NCBI RefSeq assembly: GCF_001194135.2
Contig: NC_068987.1
Span: forward strand, 23,578,369 to 23,620,303
Direction: 5' to 3'
DNA: 41,935 nucleotides
Source: Octopus bimaculoides
Lineage: Eukaryota
Below the pieces are notes generated by a model, which did not search any database, was not told the origin of the DNA, and saw nothing but the letters and a program-made list of their open reading frames with translations. Every line of letters starts with the position of its first letter. Position 1 is the stretch's first letter. Below are positions 23,431 to 35,629 of this stretch, one piece after another. The position numbers were made by a program, and so were the translations under genes.

Positions 23431-24167
23431 ACACACACACACACAATCACACACACGCACACACACACACATATCTGACACTAGATTTCTGTTGTAAGAC
23501 CAGCGTTTATGATGTGTTTTTTGATGGATGTGGATACATATAGCACAATGTAAATAAATCTCTGTTCATTTACCCCAACGTCGTCTTTATCATCATCATC
23601 ATCATCGTCATATTTGTAGCCATTTTAATATCTACTTTTCCAGGCTTGCATGCTTGCTTTAGGCATATGTCACTGAGTCAGATTTTCCACACTTAAATGC
23701 CTTTCCTACCATAAACCCTCTTCCGTTTCCAATCAAGGTAATACTTCCCCATAATCGAATATGATGAATGACACCACCAGTTGTATAAGAGTGATGCTCA
23801 TTTACAACTCTCATGTAATGTTTTGGCTAGGAGTATTCAGCTGTTTGATTAACTGAGCCACTTGCTTATTGAATTGTATGTGGCTGAGTATATAACAGAT
23901 GCATATACCCTTAAGATAATTCTCAGGCAGCATCAGTCTAATTTGGAACTTGGTTCTATGGAGTTTCAGTCTGGACCTTGGTTTGGACCTTGGTTCTTTG
24001 GAGTTTCAGTCTACCCCATCTCACACATAATGCATAGGTCAACCAGAACAGATGGTAAAATGCATTTGTCCAAGATACCATACAGTAGAATTGGACATGG
24101 TATCTCAAGGTTTTTGAAGCAAACTTCTAAACCATTTAGAAATAGACTGAACATGTGTGTGTATGTA

Positions 24168-24203
<36 letters not shown>

Positions 24204-24689
24204 CATACATATATATNNNNNNNNNNNNNNNNNNNNNNNNNNNNNNNNNNNNNNNNNNNNNNNNNNNNNNNNNNNNNNNNNNNNNNNNNNNNNNNNNNNN
24301 NNNNNNNNNNNNNNNNNNNNNNNNNNNNNNNNNNNNNNNNNNNNNNNNNNNNNNNNNNNNNNNNNNNNNNNNNNNNNNNNNNNNNNNNNNNNNNNNNNNN
24401 NNNNNNNNNNNNNNNNNNNNNNNNNNNNNNNNNNNNNNNNNNNNNNNNNNNNNNNNNNNNNNNNNNNNNNNNNNNNNNNNNNNNNNNNNNNNNNNNNNNN
24501 NNNNNNNNNNNNNNNNNNNNNNNNNNNNNNNNNNNNNNNNNNNNNNNNNNNNNNNNNNNNNNNNNNNNNNNNNNNNNNNNNNNNNNNNNNNNNNNNNNNN
24601 NNNNNNNNNNNNNNNNNNNNNNNNNNNNNNNNNNATATATATATATATATATATATACACCAACCAGTTTACTGTGTAAATATTTTACC

Positions 24690-25119
24690 TCATAAAGTAT
24701 ATACATTCTGTGCATTTTCCTCCAGGCACTTGATGTAGGCCTGCATATTGAGTCTGAGACCATGTGGGAAGATGAATGGAGGCATAACTTTGCTTTGTCA
24801 TCACTAGTGATCACTCCAGACACCATGATGTTCATTTTTTATCACTTTCGGTACATGTCCTCAGATTACACTGTCTTCACATTGACACCCAAACACTCTG
24901 AAATGTTTGTATTGGAGCTTCTGGCATGAATGCTAAGCAGTACAACATGTTGTTTCCAAATTTCTGGCAGACTGAATTGCATCATGGTGCTGTTTTTATC
25001 ACAGACGTTGCCCAACTGACCCTGCTATACTGTGTAATTGGACAAAATCAAAAACAAACAATGCACTTGCACGAAATTAAAAATATAAAATGGCGACAAT
25101 TTACCCATTGTACCCTGTA
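24690..25119 (-). mobile_element. Internally deleted Tc1/mariner-superfamily element (maT/DD37D-like)
   Basis: The minus-strand end is TACAGGGTAC.... Translation gives NIMVSGVITSD, and in a shifted frame PPFIFPHGLRLNMQAYIKCLEE. Confidence 0.65.
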
Positions 25120-25151
25120 TTTATACATACATACATATATACATACATACA

Positions 25152-25187
<36 letters not shown>

Positions 25188-25864
25188 TATATATAAATAC
25201 TAGAAAACGCACCCATCCTTTGGACAGTTTAAGTTGCTTTGGTGGTATTTTTTTCACCAAGATATCAAACTGCCAAGAAGGTTTATGAGTAGCACGGCAA
25301 TCTATGTTTCCAATTAACCTAGGAATGGAAAACCAAATTGAAGGCTGGTTATTGTGGAGGTTATTGCACTTTAATGATCATAGAACATATAAGTTTGCAA
25401 GCGATACAAAGTAGAGTTTCTGAAGTGTTTTGGGAGTAGATTAGAGATAATTACTACAAATTATAGTTTTACATGAACGATGCGTGGCGTAATCCTCAGC
25501 AGGATGATAGTTAAGTGCCTTTGATGCCCATTGACCACTCGATGGCTTCCAATAGCCATTGGTAAGAGCCTTCCAGTGAACATTAGACTGAAGTCTCATC
25601 ATCCAATGGTTATTGTCATCTGCCAACCTTATGGTAGAAGTGGATGCAGCATTGCATGCCTGGTGGATAGCACTCTCTTCTGGGGCTTCTTTGGCCCTCA
25701 CAGCAGAAGTGGATGCAACATTGTGTGCCTAACGGTTAGCACTCTTTTGTGGGGTTCCTGCTGTACAGTTTGATAATGACGACAACGATGACAATGAAGA
25801 GGACAATGATGATGACGAAGATGACAGTAATGGAGGTGGTGGTGGTGAAGATGATGATGATGTA

Positions 25865-26060
25865 TACTATTTCATTGAAGCCAAAACAACCTTGACAAAC
25901 TGTTACTCAGAGTTTCATGTAACTGTTCGTCATACAGTTGTAATTACACAGACTAATTTCTTTTATCACAACTATCTCACAAAAAGTTACATGAAACTCT
26001 GAGTAACAGTTTGTCAAGGTTTTTATTCTTCTTTTTTTTTTCGACTTCAATGAAATAGTA
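25865..26060. mobile_element. MITE/fold-back element of 196 bp
   Basis: Perfect 37-bp inverted arms (25888-25924 and 25985-26021) and perfect 16-bp outer arms (25865-25880 and 26045-26060), with TA termini. Confidence 0.85.
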
Positions 26061-26104
26061 ATTTACTCTACTTTTGGTATTCGAGTACTAATTTTTTGTG
26101 CCTT

Positions 26105-26125
26105 GTTTTGCACCTATGTGATTAC

Positions 26126-26175
<50 letters not shown>

Positions 26176-27279
26176 ATGCGTGTGTGTGCATGCATGTGTA
26201 TGTGTGTGCATGCGTGTATGCATGTATGTATGTATCTATGTATGTATGTATGTTTTGCACATATGTAGTTATTTGCTTCTGTGTGTGGGTGGGTGTGTGT
26301 GTGTGTGCATGTGTGTGTATGCATGTATGCATGTATCTATATATGTATGTATGTTTTGTACCTGTGGTTACTTGCTTCTGTGTATGTGTGTGAATGTGTC
26401 TGTATGCATGTGTATGTGTACATGCATGTATATATGTATGCATGTAGTTTAGTTTACATAGGTCAATCCAATGGCCTAATATCTTGGAGCTTCCATGGTG
26501 TGTAACCACTTTTTGGGAAAAGGAAAACTTAGGTGAGTATTATGGTTCATTGCTCTAACAGCAAAAGCAGTGCTACTGGAAGAAAGAGGGCATATATTTA
26601 TATATAAATACACCATCTGGTTGGATTACAATATCACATCTGACAGGGGTCAGAAGAAAAGAAAGAAGAAAAGAGAAAAAAAATTAGTAAAAAAATGAAA
26701 AATAAAAATAAGCGATAAGGAAAAAATGTGTTTATGTGTGAACATGCACACATACGTACATGTATACATATATGCACATATATACATAAGCAAACATGTA
26801 CACAGATATGAACACAGACGCATATACACAAGCATACTCATACATGCTCACAGAGGTTCACAAACACATGCACACATATGTGCACTGACATATACACATG
26901 CCCCCCTCCACCACACACATATGGACTCACAGAAACACACTAACATACACATATATGTATACACACACGCATGCACACATTCACATTCACATGCAGATAT
27001 GTGCATAACTGCACATAAATATACATGCACAGAGAGTGCATAGACAACCAAGCATTCTCTTCTTACACATGCATACTCTCACACACACTCAGACACACAC
27101 ATATACACATCCTTGATCATACACACATACACATATTCTTGCTCACACACACACATACAAACACCCTTGGTCACACACACACATTCAAAGATGTGCAGAG
27201 GTACACACATATGATTCAGGCACAAGAGAAAGTGCACAAGCACTTTCTTTTTTTTCACACATACTCATATGCACACACA

Positions 27280-27340
<61 letters not shown>

Positions 27341-27530
27341 TCACGCACACACACACAAACACATTCACGCACCCACACACACAAATGCATGCACACATTC
27401 ATGCATAGACACACACACTCACACAAGTACATACACGCTCTCTCACACATACACATACACCATACATACACACACTCTCACACAAATAAATATGTTCATT
27501 TACACACACACTCACTCACATGCTTATGAC
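26105..27530. repeat. Large degenerate (TG)n block (26105-26450) followed by (CA)n blocks (26740-27530)
   Basis: Directly visible. These blocks produce the CV/HT-rich ORFs. Confidence 0.9.
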
Positions 27531-27559
27531 TTTTCAAATTTATCTCTTTTATTATAGGT

Positions 27560-28470
27560 TTCTTGTTTTGTCAGAAAAATTTAAGCACATTCTCCAATTT
27601 TTACCTCAGCAAAGATGGGCGGTATTGAGCAAAGGTGGGAGGTATTGAGATCAAGGTGGATAATGATGAGCTGGAAACTGTAGTGGAAGTGGATACATCT
27701 CAAACTATGTGTGAGTTAGCAGCAAGGTTTGATGTTTCGATTCCAACTGTACTGGGCCATCTGAAACAGATCAGCAAGGTAAAGAAGCTGGAGAAGTGGG
27801 TACCACACAAACTGAACAAACATCAAATGACTCGTCATCTTGAAACTTGCTGTTCTTTGCTGTCATGGCATAAAAGCAAACCATTTTTGAATCATATTGT
27901 TATGTGTGAGGAAAAATGGATTCTTTTCAACAATATCAAGCATTCTGCGCAGTGGTTGGATAGAGACGAAATGCCAAAACACAATCCAAAAAAAGAATAT
28001 TCACAAAAAAAAACTAATGGTGTCTGTTGGTGATCCAGTGTTGGTGTCATCCACTACAGCTTCATGAGATCTGGTAAGTCAATTACAGCAGATGTATGCA
28101 TCAACCAATTGAATGAAATAATGAAAGAATGCGCCTCAAGTTACAGGAACTGAACTTGGAAGTACTNNNNNNNNNNAATTACAGCAGATGTATGCATCAA
28201 CCAATTGAATGAAATAATGAAAGAATGCGCCTCAAGTTACAGGAACTGAACTTGGAAGTACTCTGTTATCCACCATATTCACCAGACCTTGCACCAACTG
28301 ACTATTCACGTTTTCCAGCCATTAGACAACTTTTTTTCAAACCCGAAGAAGAGGCAAAAACAGCCTTTTGTGATTTCACCACCTCTTGCTCTCCAGAACT
28401 CTTCGCTGCCAGCATAAATAAGCTACTGATAAAATGGCAAAATTGTGTTGATTATTTAAGTGCATACTTT
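27560..28470 (+). mobile_element. Decayed mariner transposon with an internal deletion
   Basis: KKLEKWVPHKL, IVMCEEKWI (first catalytic D mutated), PPYSPDLAPTD, KWQNCVDYLSAYF. An assembly duplication spans the 10-N gap. Confidence 0.9.
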
Positions 28471-29083
28471 NNNNNNNNNNNNNNNNNNNNNNNNNNNNNN
28501 NNNNNNNNNNNNNNNNNNNNNNNNNNNNNNNNNNNNNNNNNNNNNNNNNNNNNNNNNNNNNNNNNNNNNNNNNNNNNNNNNNNNNNNNNNNNNNNNNNNN
28601 NNNNNNNNNNNNNNNNNNNNNNNNNNNNNNNNNNNNNNNNNNNNNNNNNNNNNNNNNNNNNNNNNNNNNNNNNNNNNNNNNNNNNNNNNNNNNNNNNNNN
28701 NNNNNNNNNNNNNNNNNNNNNNNNNNNNNNNNNNNNNNNNNNNNNNNNNNNNNNNNNNNNNNNNNNNNNNNNNNNNNNNNNNNNNNNNNNNNNNNNNNNN
28801 NNNNNNNNNNNNNNNNNNNNNNNNNNNNNNNNNNNNNNNNNNNNNNNNNNNNNNNNNNNNNNNNNNNNNNNNNNNNNNNNNNNNNNNNNNNNNNNNNNNN
28901 NNNNNNNNNNNNNNNNNNNNNNNNNNNNNNNNNNNNNNNNNNNNNNNNNNNNNNNNNNNNNNNNNNNNNNNNNNNNNNNNNNNNNNNNNNNNNNNNNNNN
29001 NNNNNNNNNNNNNNNNNNNNNNNNNNNNNNNNNNNNNNNNNNNNNNNNNNNNNNNNNNNNNNNNNNCACATATACATATAAAA

Positions 29084-29132
<49 letters not shown>

Positions 29133-29314
29133 TACATACATACATACATACACACATTCACATACATATACAGATATATGTATGTGTGCATGTATATACA
29201 TATATATGTGTGAGTGTGTGTTTGTGCATGTGTGTGTGTATACATTTGTATAAATGTATGTACGTGATATATGTTCATTGTCTATTCATGTTATTGTATG
29301 TTGAACTTCCCTAG

Positions 29315-29388
29315 ATCGAATTAATCAATTATACAGTCAACATAAAGATTTGCAGGAACAGCGCCAGAAGGTTCTCAAAGAAGTCATA
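29315..29388 (+). CDS. Exon 9: (D)RINQLYSQHKDLQEQRQKVLKEVI
   Basis: cttccctAG acceptor, GTAAGT donor, 74 nt, phase 1/0. Confidence 0.85.
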
Positions 29389-30433
29389 GTAAGTTCTCTA
29401 CTCATTATTTTAAAAACACTGCACCTCTTGTATGAGGGCTACCCAAACAAAAAAAAAAACAAATTTTGTTTAAAATAAAAAGCTATTGCTTCACTTTTTT
29501 TCACATATATCTGTGCACTTTTCGAGTAAATTATTTTGATCATTCTTAAGGGACTGGTGGTCTCTTAGGGTAGATTTCATGTTCAGGAACAAATGAAACA
29601 ACCAAGGGCTGGTGAAAGGATAGAAAAGGCATCCAGCCATAAAAAATCTTCCTTAATAAATTCATTCTGAGCCATCACCTTCATTTTTGAGCAGTTTAGA
29701 CTAGTATTTTATCGTCATGGGACAATGCTAGAACCGCCTGCAACAACTAATTTTTTTATTTCAACAGGCACAGCATAGCTCTAATTGAAGATGTATCCAT
29801 AGGAACAAGTACAACAGTGTAGTTAATAGTTTGTTTCTCAACCACATGGTTTTAGGCTCAGTCCCATTACATGGTATTTTATGCAAGTATCTTCTATATA
29901 GCTCTAGGCTGACTAAAGCCTTGTCAGTGGATTTGATAAATGGAGACTAAAAGAAGTCTGTTGTATGTTTGTGTATATATGTGTATGTGTGAGTCTGTCT
30001 GTGTGTATTTATGATGGTTGTAAGCATCACCATCATACAAGAGGTGTCGTTCATTCCCAGTCTTCTATGAAAACATTCTGTCTGGGGGAACTGTTATCTT
30101 GCACAGGAACAGTTAAGGGCTGGTGACAGCAAAGGCATCTTGCCATAGAAAATCTGCATTAGTGAATGAATTCCTTCTGAGCCATGCAAGCATGGAAAAA
30201 AATGGATGTTAAAACAAGATGGAGATGGAGGTGGTGGTGGAGTTGGCAGCATTGGCAGCAGTGTCAATGGTAATGGTAGTGGTGATGGTTGAGGGTGATG
30301 GTAGTGGTGGTGATAATGTTGGTGATGCTGATTGTTGTAGTGGTTGTAATGATAGTGGTGGTTGTACAGATGATAATGGTTGTGATGGTGGTGTTGATGG
30401 TACTGATGAAAATCTTATCACTTCTCTTTCCAG

Positions 30434-30583
30434 GAACAGAAGCAGAAACATTTGAAGGAAAACGCAGATCTGGCATCTCGGTACCGCTGGCAGCAGAATC
30501 ATCTCATCTACCTACAGTACTGCTTTGTACAGCAGACTGACAAAAACCTTCATTTGGAAGAAGCTCTGAATGACCTAAGACAA
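30434..30583 (+). CDS. Exon 10: EQKQKHLKENADLASRYRWQQNHLIYLQYCFVQQTDKNLHLEEALNDLRQ
   Basis: cttctctttccAG acceptor, GTAGGT donor, 150 nt, phase 0/0. Confidence 0.9.
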
Positions 30584-30747
30584 GTAGGTTGAGAATCAAG
30601 ATGTTGCTGTTGTATATATCTATATACATGTACACACACACACACACGTGCATGCACACACACACACACACACACGTGCATGCACACACACACACACATA
30701 TTTTGTTGTGTCTGGAGAGAGTCAGACTGCCTTAATATGTTACACAC

Positions 30748-30886
30748 TCACTGGTTCAATTTCCACTCATTTATTTATATATTTTTTCTTTGGATGTTGA
30801 CAACATCCATTGACAAAGTTGCAAAAGCAATGAAAATTTTGGAAGAAAAAAATAAATAATAAATGAGTGGAAATTGAACGGGTGAG
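30748..30886. mobile_element. Small MITE/fold-back element of about 140 bp
   Basis: Perfect 22-bp inverted repeat GTTCAATTTCCACTCATTTATT (30754-30775) / AATAAATGAGTGGAAATTGAAC (30858-30879), extending imperfectly on both sides. Confidence 0.8.
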
Positions 30887-31059
30887 GGTGTTATATCTCA
30901 AGGCATATTAAGGCAGTATGACTCGCCCCAAACACAACAAAATTTTGTTTCAACACACAAATTCACATAAAGAATCTTGCAAACCAGATACAGAAACGAA
31001 GTATATACATATATATGTTTCTATATACATTAAATAAAATGAGACAACACAATCAAGGC

Positions 31060-31520
31060 TGTGTGGAATTTATGGGACTGACCGAGACCTTTGGAAATGT
31101 GCTGTGCGTGAGAAGACCAGGCAAGCCAAGTAAGATCGTTGCCAGTGCCCCTGGACTGGTTCTTGTGCGGGTGACACATAAGATGTACCATCTTGAGCGT
31201 GACCGTTGCCAGTACCGCCTGACTGGCTCCCGTAGGATTTTCGAGCGAGATCGTTGCCAGTGCCCCTGGACTGGCTTGTGCGGGTGGCACATAAAAGACA
31301 CCATTTCGAGCGTGGCCGTTTTCGTGCGGGTGACACGTAAAAGCACCCACTACACTCTCTGAGTGGTTGGCGTTAGGAAGGGCATCCAGCTGTAGAAACT
31401 CTGCCAAATCAGACTGGAGCCTGGTGTTGTCATCTGGTTTCACCAGTCCTCAGTCAAATCGTCCAACCCATGCTAGCATGGAAAGCGGACGTTAAACGAT
31501 GATGATGATGATGATGATGA
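31060..31520 (+). mobile_element. Near full-length SINE, (GAT)n-tailed family, with internal tandem subrepeats
   Basis: Repeated GTTGCCAGT.CC.C..GACTGG / GTGCGGGTG.CAC units at 31137-31345, then the shared 3' end. Confidence 0.85.
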
Positions 31521-31670
31521 TTTATAAAAAGAAAAGTAGTCTTACAGCTGTTTCTGGGATATTAGGGATAACGTTTCATCAGAGATGATATGAGAGAGTT
31601 AACTAGATGGAATTTATGTCTCCACACTATCTACTTGTAATAACAAAATATGAACTATTGGAATTTACAT

Positions 31671-32013
31671 GAGAGACCCCCTTCGGTCATGACTGACTAA
31701 TGGGATTGCACCTAGAAAGTTACCCTCCCAGGCACAAGTCCGAGCAAGGTTGTTTATGGAAGACCAGCAGTCACCCATGCATACCGGCCTCCCCTCTCCA
31801 CGCCACCAGTGTTATCCAAGGGTAAGGCAAAGGCCGATACAGCTTGGTACCTGTGACATCGCAACTCGTTTCTACAGCTGAGTGAACTGGAGCAACGTGA
31901 AATAAAGTGTCTTGCTCAAGAACACAACATGCAGCCCGGTCCGGGATTTGAACTCACAACCTCACAGTCGTAAGCTATGACGCTCTAACCACTGAGCCAT
32001 GTGCCTTCACGTA
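31671..32013 (-). mobile_element. Full-length tRNA-derived SINE with a 12-bp target-site duplication
   Basis: TSD TGGAATTTACAT at 31659-31670 and 32014-32025. The minus strand starts ...GGCTCAGTGGTTAGAGCG... (A box) and ...GAGTTCAAATCCC (B box). Confidence 0.92.
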
Positions 32014-32226
32014 TGGAATTTACATACCACAGACAAGAAGTATTTCTACCCATTCTACACAGCACTTTCCTTGGATAATGAAACTGCAACTGTAACAATC
32101 CTACATATATTTTTACTTTTATTTTTATTCTCTTATTTCTCTTTATACTTCCTATATCCTTCCTTTTCCAAAGTAATTCCTTATATTGAACTCTACTATT
32201 TCCCTCTAATTAACTCTCTCATATCA

Positions 32227-32272
32227 TCTCTGATGAAGGGATATTCATAATATCCCAGAAACAGCTGTAAGA
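32227..32272 (+). ncRNA. Minimal type I hammerhead ribozyme
   Basis: Stem I TCT/AGA; core CTGATGA (32230-32236); 8-bp stem II GGGATATT-cat-AATATCCC; GAAA (32258-32261); stem III C-AGCT-G with a palindromic loop; GTA cleavage site after 32269. An A.A pair flanks stem II where G-C is canonical. Confidence 0.75.
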
Positions 32273-33629
32273 CTACTTTTCTCTTTATAAATGTCCTAGA
32301 AATTTCACACAGCCTTGGTTTTGTTGTCTCATTTTATTTAACATATACATGCTCACACAAGACCTGCATTAGACTCCTCACTCATATTATTATCAAACCA
32401 AGGGTCTAACTACGGTCCTCCTGTAGCACTTACATAGCCTTACCTGCCATCTTGGGTATTCTGGATACCAATACCTCTCATATGTTTATATATATAAACA
32501 TTTGGATGCAAGTATGGTTGTGTAGTTAAGAAGTTCACTTTTCAACCATATGGTTTTGGATTCAATCTCAGTGCATGGCTTCCTGGGCAAATGTCTTCTA
32601 CTATAAGGTTGGGCTGGCCAAAGTATTGTGAGTGAACTTGGTAGACAGAAATTGTGTGGAAGCTTGTTGTACATATGTGAATGTCGTGTTTGTCACCCAA
32701 TTCCCCATTGCATGACAACTGATGTTTGCTTGTTTACATTCCCGTGACTTGGCACTTCACCAATAAAATAGATACCAGACTTAAAAAGTAAGTCCTGGGT
32801 TTGATTTGTTTCAGTAAACCTTTCAAGCTGGTGCCCCATTGTGGAACATCTATTAAATAAAACACTGTTAAATTAAGTTTTAAATTCAAGCATATTTGAT
32901 GAGCTGTCAAAATTTTCCTTGCACAGCCTGGTCATTGACATAGTTCCACTAAGTAACAGTGGAACTGTGTTGGTTCCCAAGTCACAGATGTGTAAAGAAT
33001 ATTCTGACACTTCTTAGAATAAATTTAGATTTAGAATAGATTTAACAGCTTGGCATGTTATTAAATGATTCTTTCATCATGTAGTTACTTCAGTTTCAAT
33101 TCACAATCACAGATCAAGTCATGTTCTAGACAAGCACATTCAAGCTTAGAATTCGACTTTTACAATAGGTACATTGTTGTGCTGGAGCAAGCAATTGTAG
33201 ATGCAGATATGGCTGAGTGGTTAAGAGACCGGCTTCCCTACTATGTGATCTCAGTCCCACTACATGGCATTATGTAAGCCGACCAATGCCTCATGAGTTG
33301 ATTTGGTAGATGGAAACTGAAAAACATTTTATAAAGGTGTGTGAGAGTGTGTGTTTGTATGCGTGTGTGCATGTGTGCGTGCATGTGTGTGTATCCTTAT
33401 TTAGACATCATGTGATGATCGTAAATGAGCTTCACCATCAGACGAGTGATGTGCTTCATTTCCAATCTTCCACGATAATCTGGTCTGGCCATGGGGAAAC
33501 AATATCTTACTTGAAAACATGTGAGGGATGGCAACAAGAAGAGCATGTGGCTATAGAAAATCTGCCTCAGTGAATTCTGTCTTGTTGGGAAAGCATAGAG
33601 AAGAGGATGTTAAATGATGATGATGATAA

Positions 33630-33845
33630 GGTGGTGATCTGGCAGAAACGTTAGCACGCCGGGCGAAATGCTTAGCGGTATGTCATCTGTCTTTACTCTC
33701 TGAGTTCAAATTCCACTGAGGTCGACTTTGCCTTTTGTCCTTCCAGGGTTGATAAATTAAGTACCAGTTGCGTACTAGGGTCGATCTAATCGACTGGTCG
33801 CCTCCCCAAAAATTTTGCGCCTTGTGCCTAGAGTAGAAAAAAAAA
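33630..33845 (+). mobile_element. SINE of a third family (related partial copies at about 20235-20400, 34560-34700, 34830-35040 and 39040-39240, some in the opposite orientation)
   Basis: GGCAGAA.CGTTAGCAC.CCGGGCGAAATGCTTAGC...GAGTTCAAATTCC...GAGGTCGACTTTGCCTTT motif and its reverse complement. Confidence 0.7.
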
Positions 33846-33976
33846 GAAAAAAATTATGATGATGATGATGATGGTGATGTTGATGAGATCAAACAGATCT
33901 TCCTCACGTCATCTTTGATGTTCTAAATTTATAAATATACCACAAAATGCTTATTTTTCTCATGTACTTTTTGCAG

Positions 33977-34046
33977 TTACTGTCCATGCAGTGGAAAGTG
34001 CACCAGAACCTGCATAATTATTTCCAGTACCGTGGTATGTTCAATA
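33977..34046 (+). CDS. Exon 11 (3' end uncertain): LLSMQWKVHQNLHNYFQYRGMFN...
   Basis: actttttgcAG acceptor, in phase with exon 10. It either ends at a G|GTATGT donor (34034/34035) or continues into the N-gap starting at 34047. Confidence 0.75.
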
Positions 34047-34343
34047 NNNNNNNNNNNNNNNNNNNNNNNNNNNNNNNNNNNNNNNNNNNNNNNNNNNNNN
34101 NNNNNNNNNNNNNNNNNNNNNNNNNNNNNNNNNNNNNNNNNNNNNNNNNNNNNNNNNNNNNNNNNNNNNNNNNNNNNNNNNNNNNNNNNNNNNNNNNNNN
34201 NNNNNNNNNNNNNNNNNNNNNNNNNNNNNNNNNNNNNNNNNNNNNNNNNNNNNNNNNNNNNNNNNNNNNNNNNNNNNNNNNNNNNNNNNNNNNNNNNNNN
34301 NNNNNNNNNNNNNNNNNNNNNNNNNNNNNNNNNNNNNNNNNNN

Positions 34344-34387
<44 letters not shown>

Positions 34388-34504
34388 ATATTCATGTGTG
34401 TGTATGTCCGTCAGTATGTGTGTGTGTTTGTATGTGTGTCTGCCTGTGTCACTCTGTGTATATATATGTATGCAGGCATGTTTATAAGTATGTATGTATG
34501 CATG

Positions 34505-34561
<57 letters not shown>

Positions 34562-34772
34562 GGTTTCAAATTTTGGTACAAGGCCAGCAATTTTAAAGAG
34601 GAGGGTAAGCTAAAATTTTTGACCCCAGTGTTCAACTGGTACTTATTTTCTCAACACTGAAAGAATGAAAGGCAAAATAAAACTCAAGCAGAATTTGTAC
34701 CTAGCACATAAAGAGTGGGTAAAAGTACCACTAAGGATTTTGTTCAACTTGCTAATTACAATAATAATAATC

Positions 34773-34820
<48 letters not shown>

Positions 34821-35629
34821 GTAATCATGATTTCAAGTTTTGGCACAAGGCTAGCAACTTCAGGGAAAGGGATAAATCAATTACATCGACACCAGTGTTC
34901 AATTGGTACTTATTTTACCAACCCTGAAAGGATGAAAGATAAAATCGACCTCAGCAGAATTTGAACTCAGAACATAGAGATGGATGAAATGGCACTAAAC
35001 ATTTTGCCAGGCACAGCAATGATTCTACCAGCTCGCCGCCTTAAAATAATAATATATATATACATACATACATGCATATACACACGTGCTCACATTCATA
35101 CACACATGCACACATACATTTAATACTTGTATGTTTATAACAGTAATATCATATATTATATGTAGTTTTAGTTTATTTTGTAGTACACAAATATAAAATT
35201 GCTTAACACTGACATATTTTTTATTCATATGTATGATTAACATGATTTTTGAGCTGGAGTTTTGTTGTTACATTTTACATTTAGAATCACTGTGCACATC
35301 AGCAGTTTGAACTTAAATGACTCGATGACTCATAATGGTTTAAATTGAGTTCACTTTATTTTCAGCTAATTTTCATTGCATTTGATTAAACAACAAAATA
35401 AAGGCTTTTGCTGTCATGTCAAAATGAGTTTATTTCTTTTGTTTAAAACTGAAACAGAGTTGTACATGAAGTATCTCTTTAACACAAAAAACTGATAGAA
35501 TCCTACATAGTATTGTTGTATTTTTGGAGGGTGATTCTGCCAATAAAAAAAGCATGCACTGGTTATACATCACTTCAGTTTTATTACCACACAATTAGAT
35601 AATAGATTGATTGATCTCAATTGATTAAT

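Larger units (their letters stand above)
31521..32290. mobile_element. Divergently oriented inverted pair of about 90-bp hammerhead-containing repeats (31521-31612 on -, 32201-32290 on +), PLE pseudo-LTR-like
   Basis: TTAACTCTCTCATATCATCTCTGATGAA...AATATCCCAGAAACAGCTGTAAGACTACTTTTCT.TTTATAAA is present on both strands. Confidence 0.85.
130..34046 (+). other. CCDC178: Partial multi-exon gene encoding a long coiled-coil protein, CCDC178-like (5' and 3' ends not in view)
   Basis: Eleven exons have canonical AG/GT ends and matching phases, giving about 425 stop-free codons rich in E/K/Q/L. The C-terminal segment LASRYRWQQ...LEEALNDLRQ|LLSMQWKVHQNLHNYFQYRG resembles my recollection of the CCDC178 C-terminus. 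The symbol is tentative and needs BLAST. Confidence 0.5.

Noticed and set aside
28081-28262. Identical 86-bp direct repeat inside the mariner
   Set aside because: The copies sit exactly on either side of a 10-N gap, which indicates an unmerged contig overlap (assembly artefact).
22740-29314. Long ORFs of 140-342 aa in the ORF track
   Set aside because: They stay open only because they cross N-gaps and (AT)n/(CA)n repeats, so they are not real coding sequence.
31137-31345. CRISPR-like repeat/spacer pattern
   Set aside because: The units are variable and internal to a multicopy SINE, the spacers are related to each other, the context is eukaryotic, and there are no cas genes.
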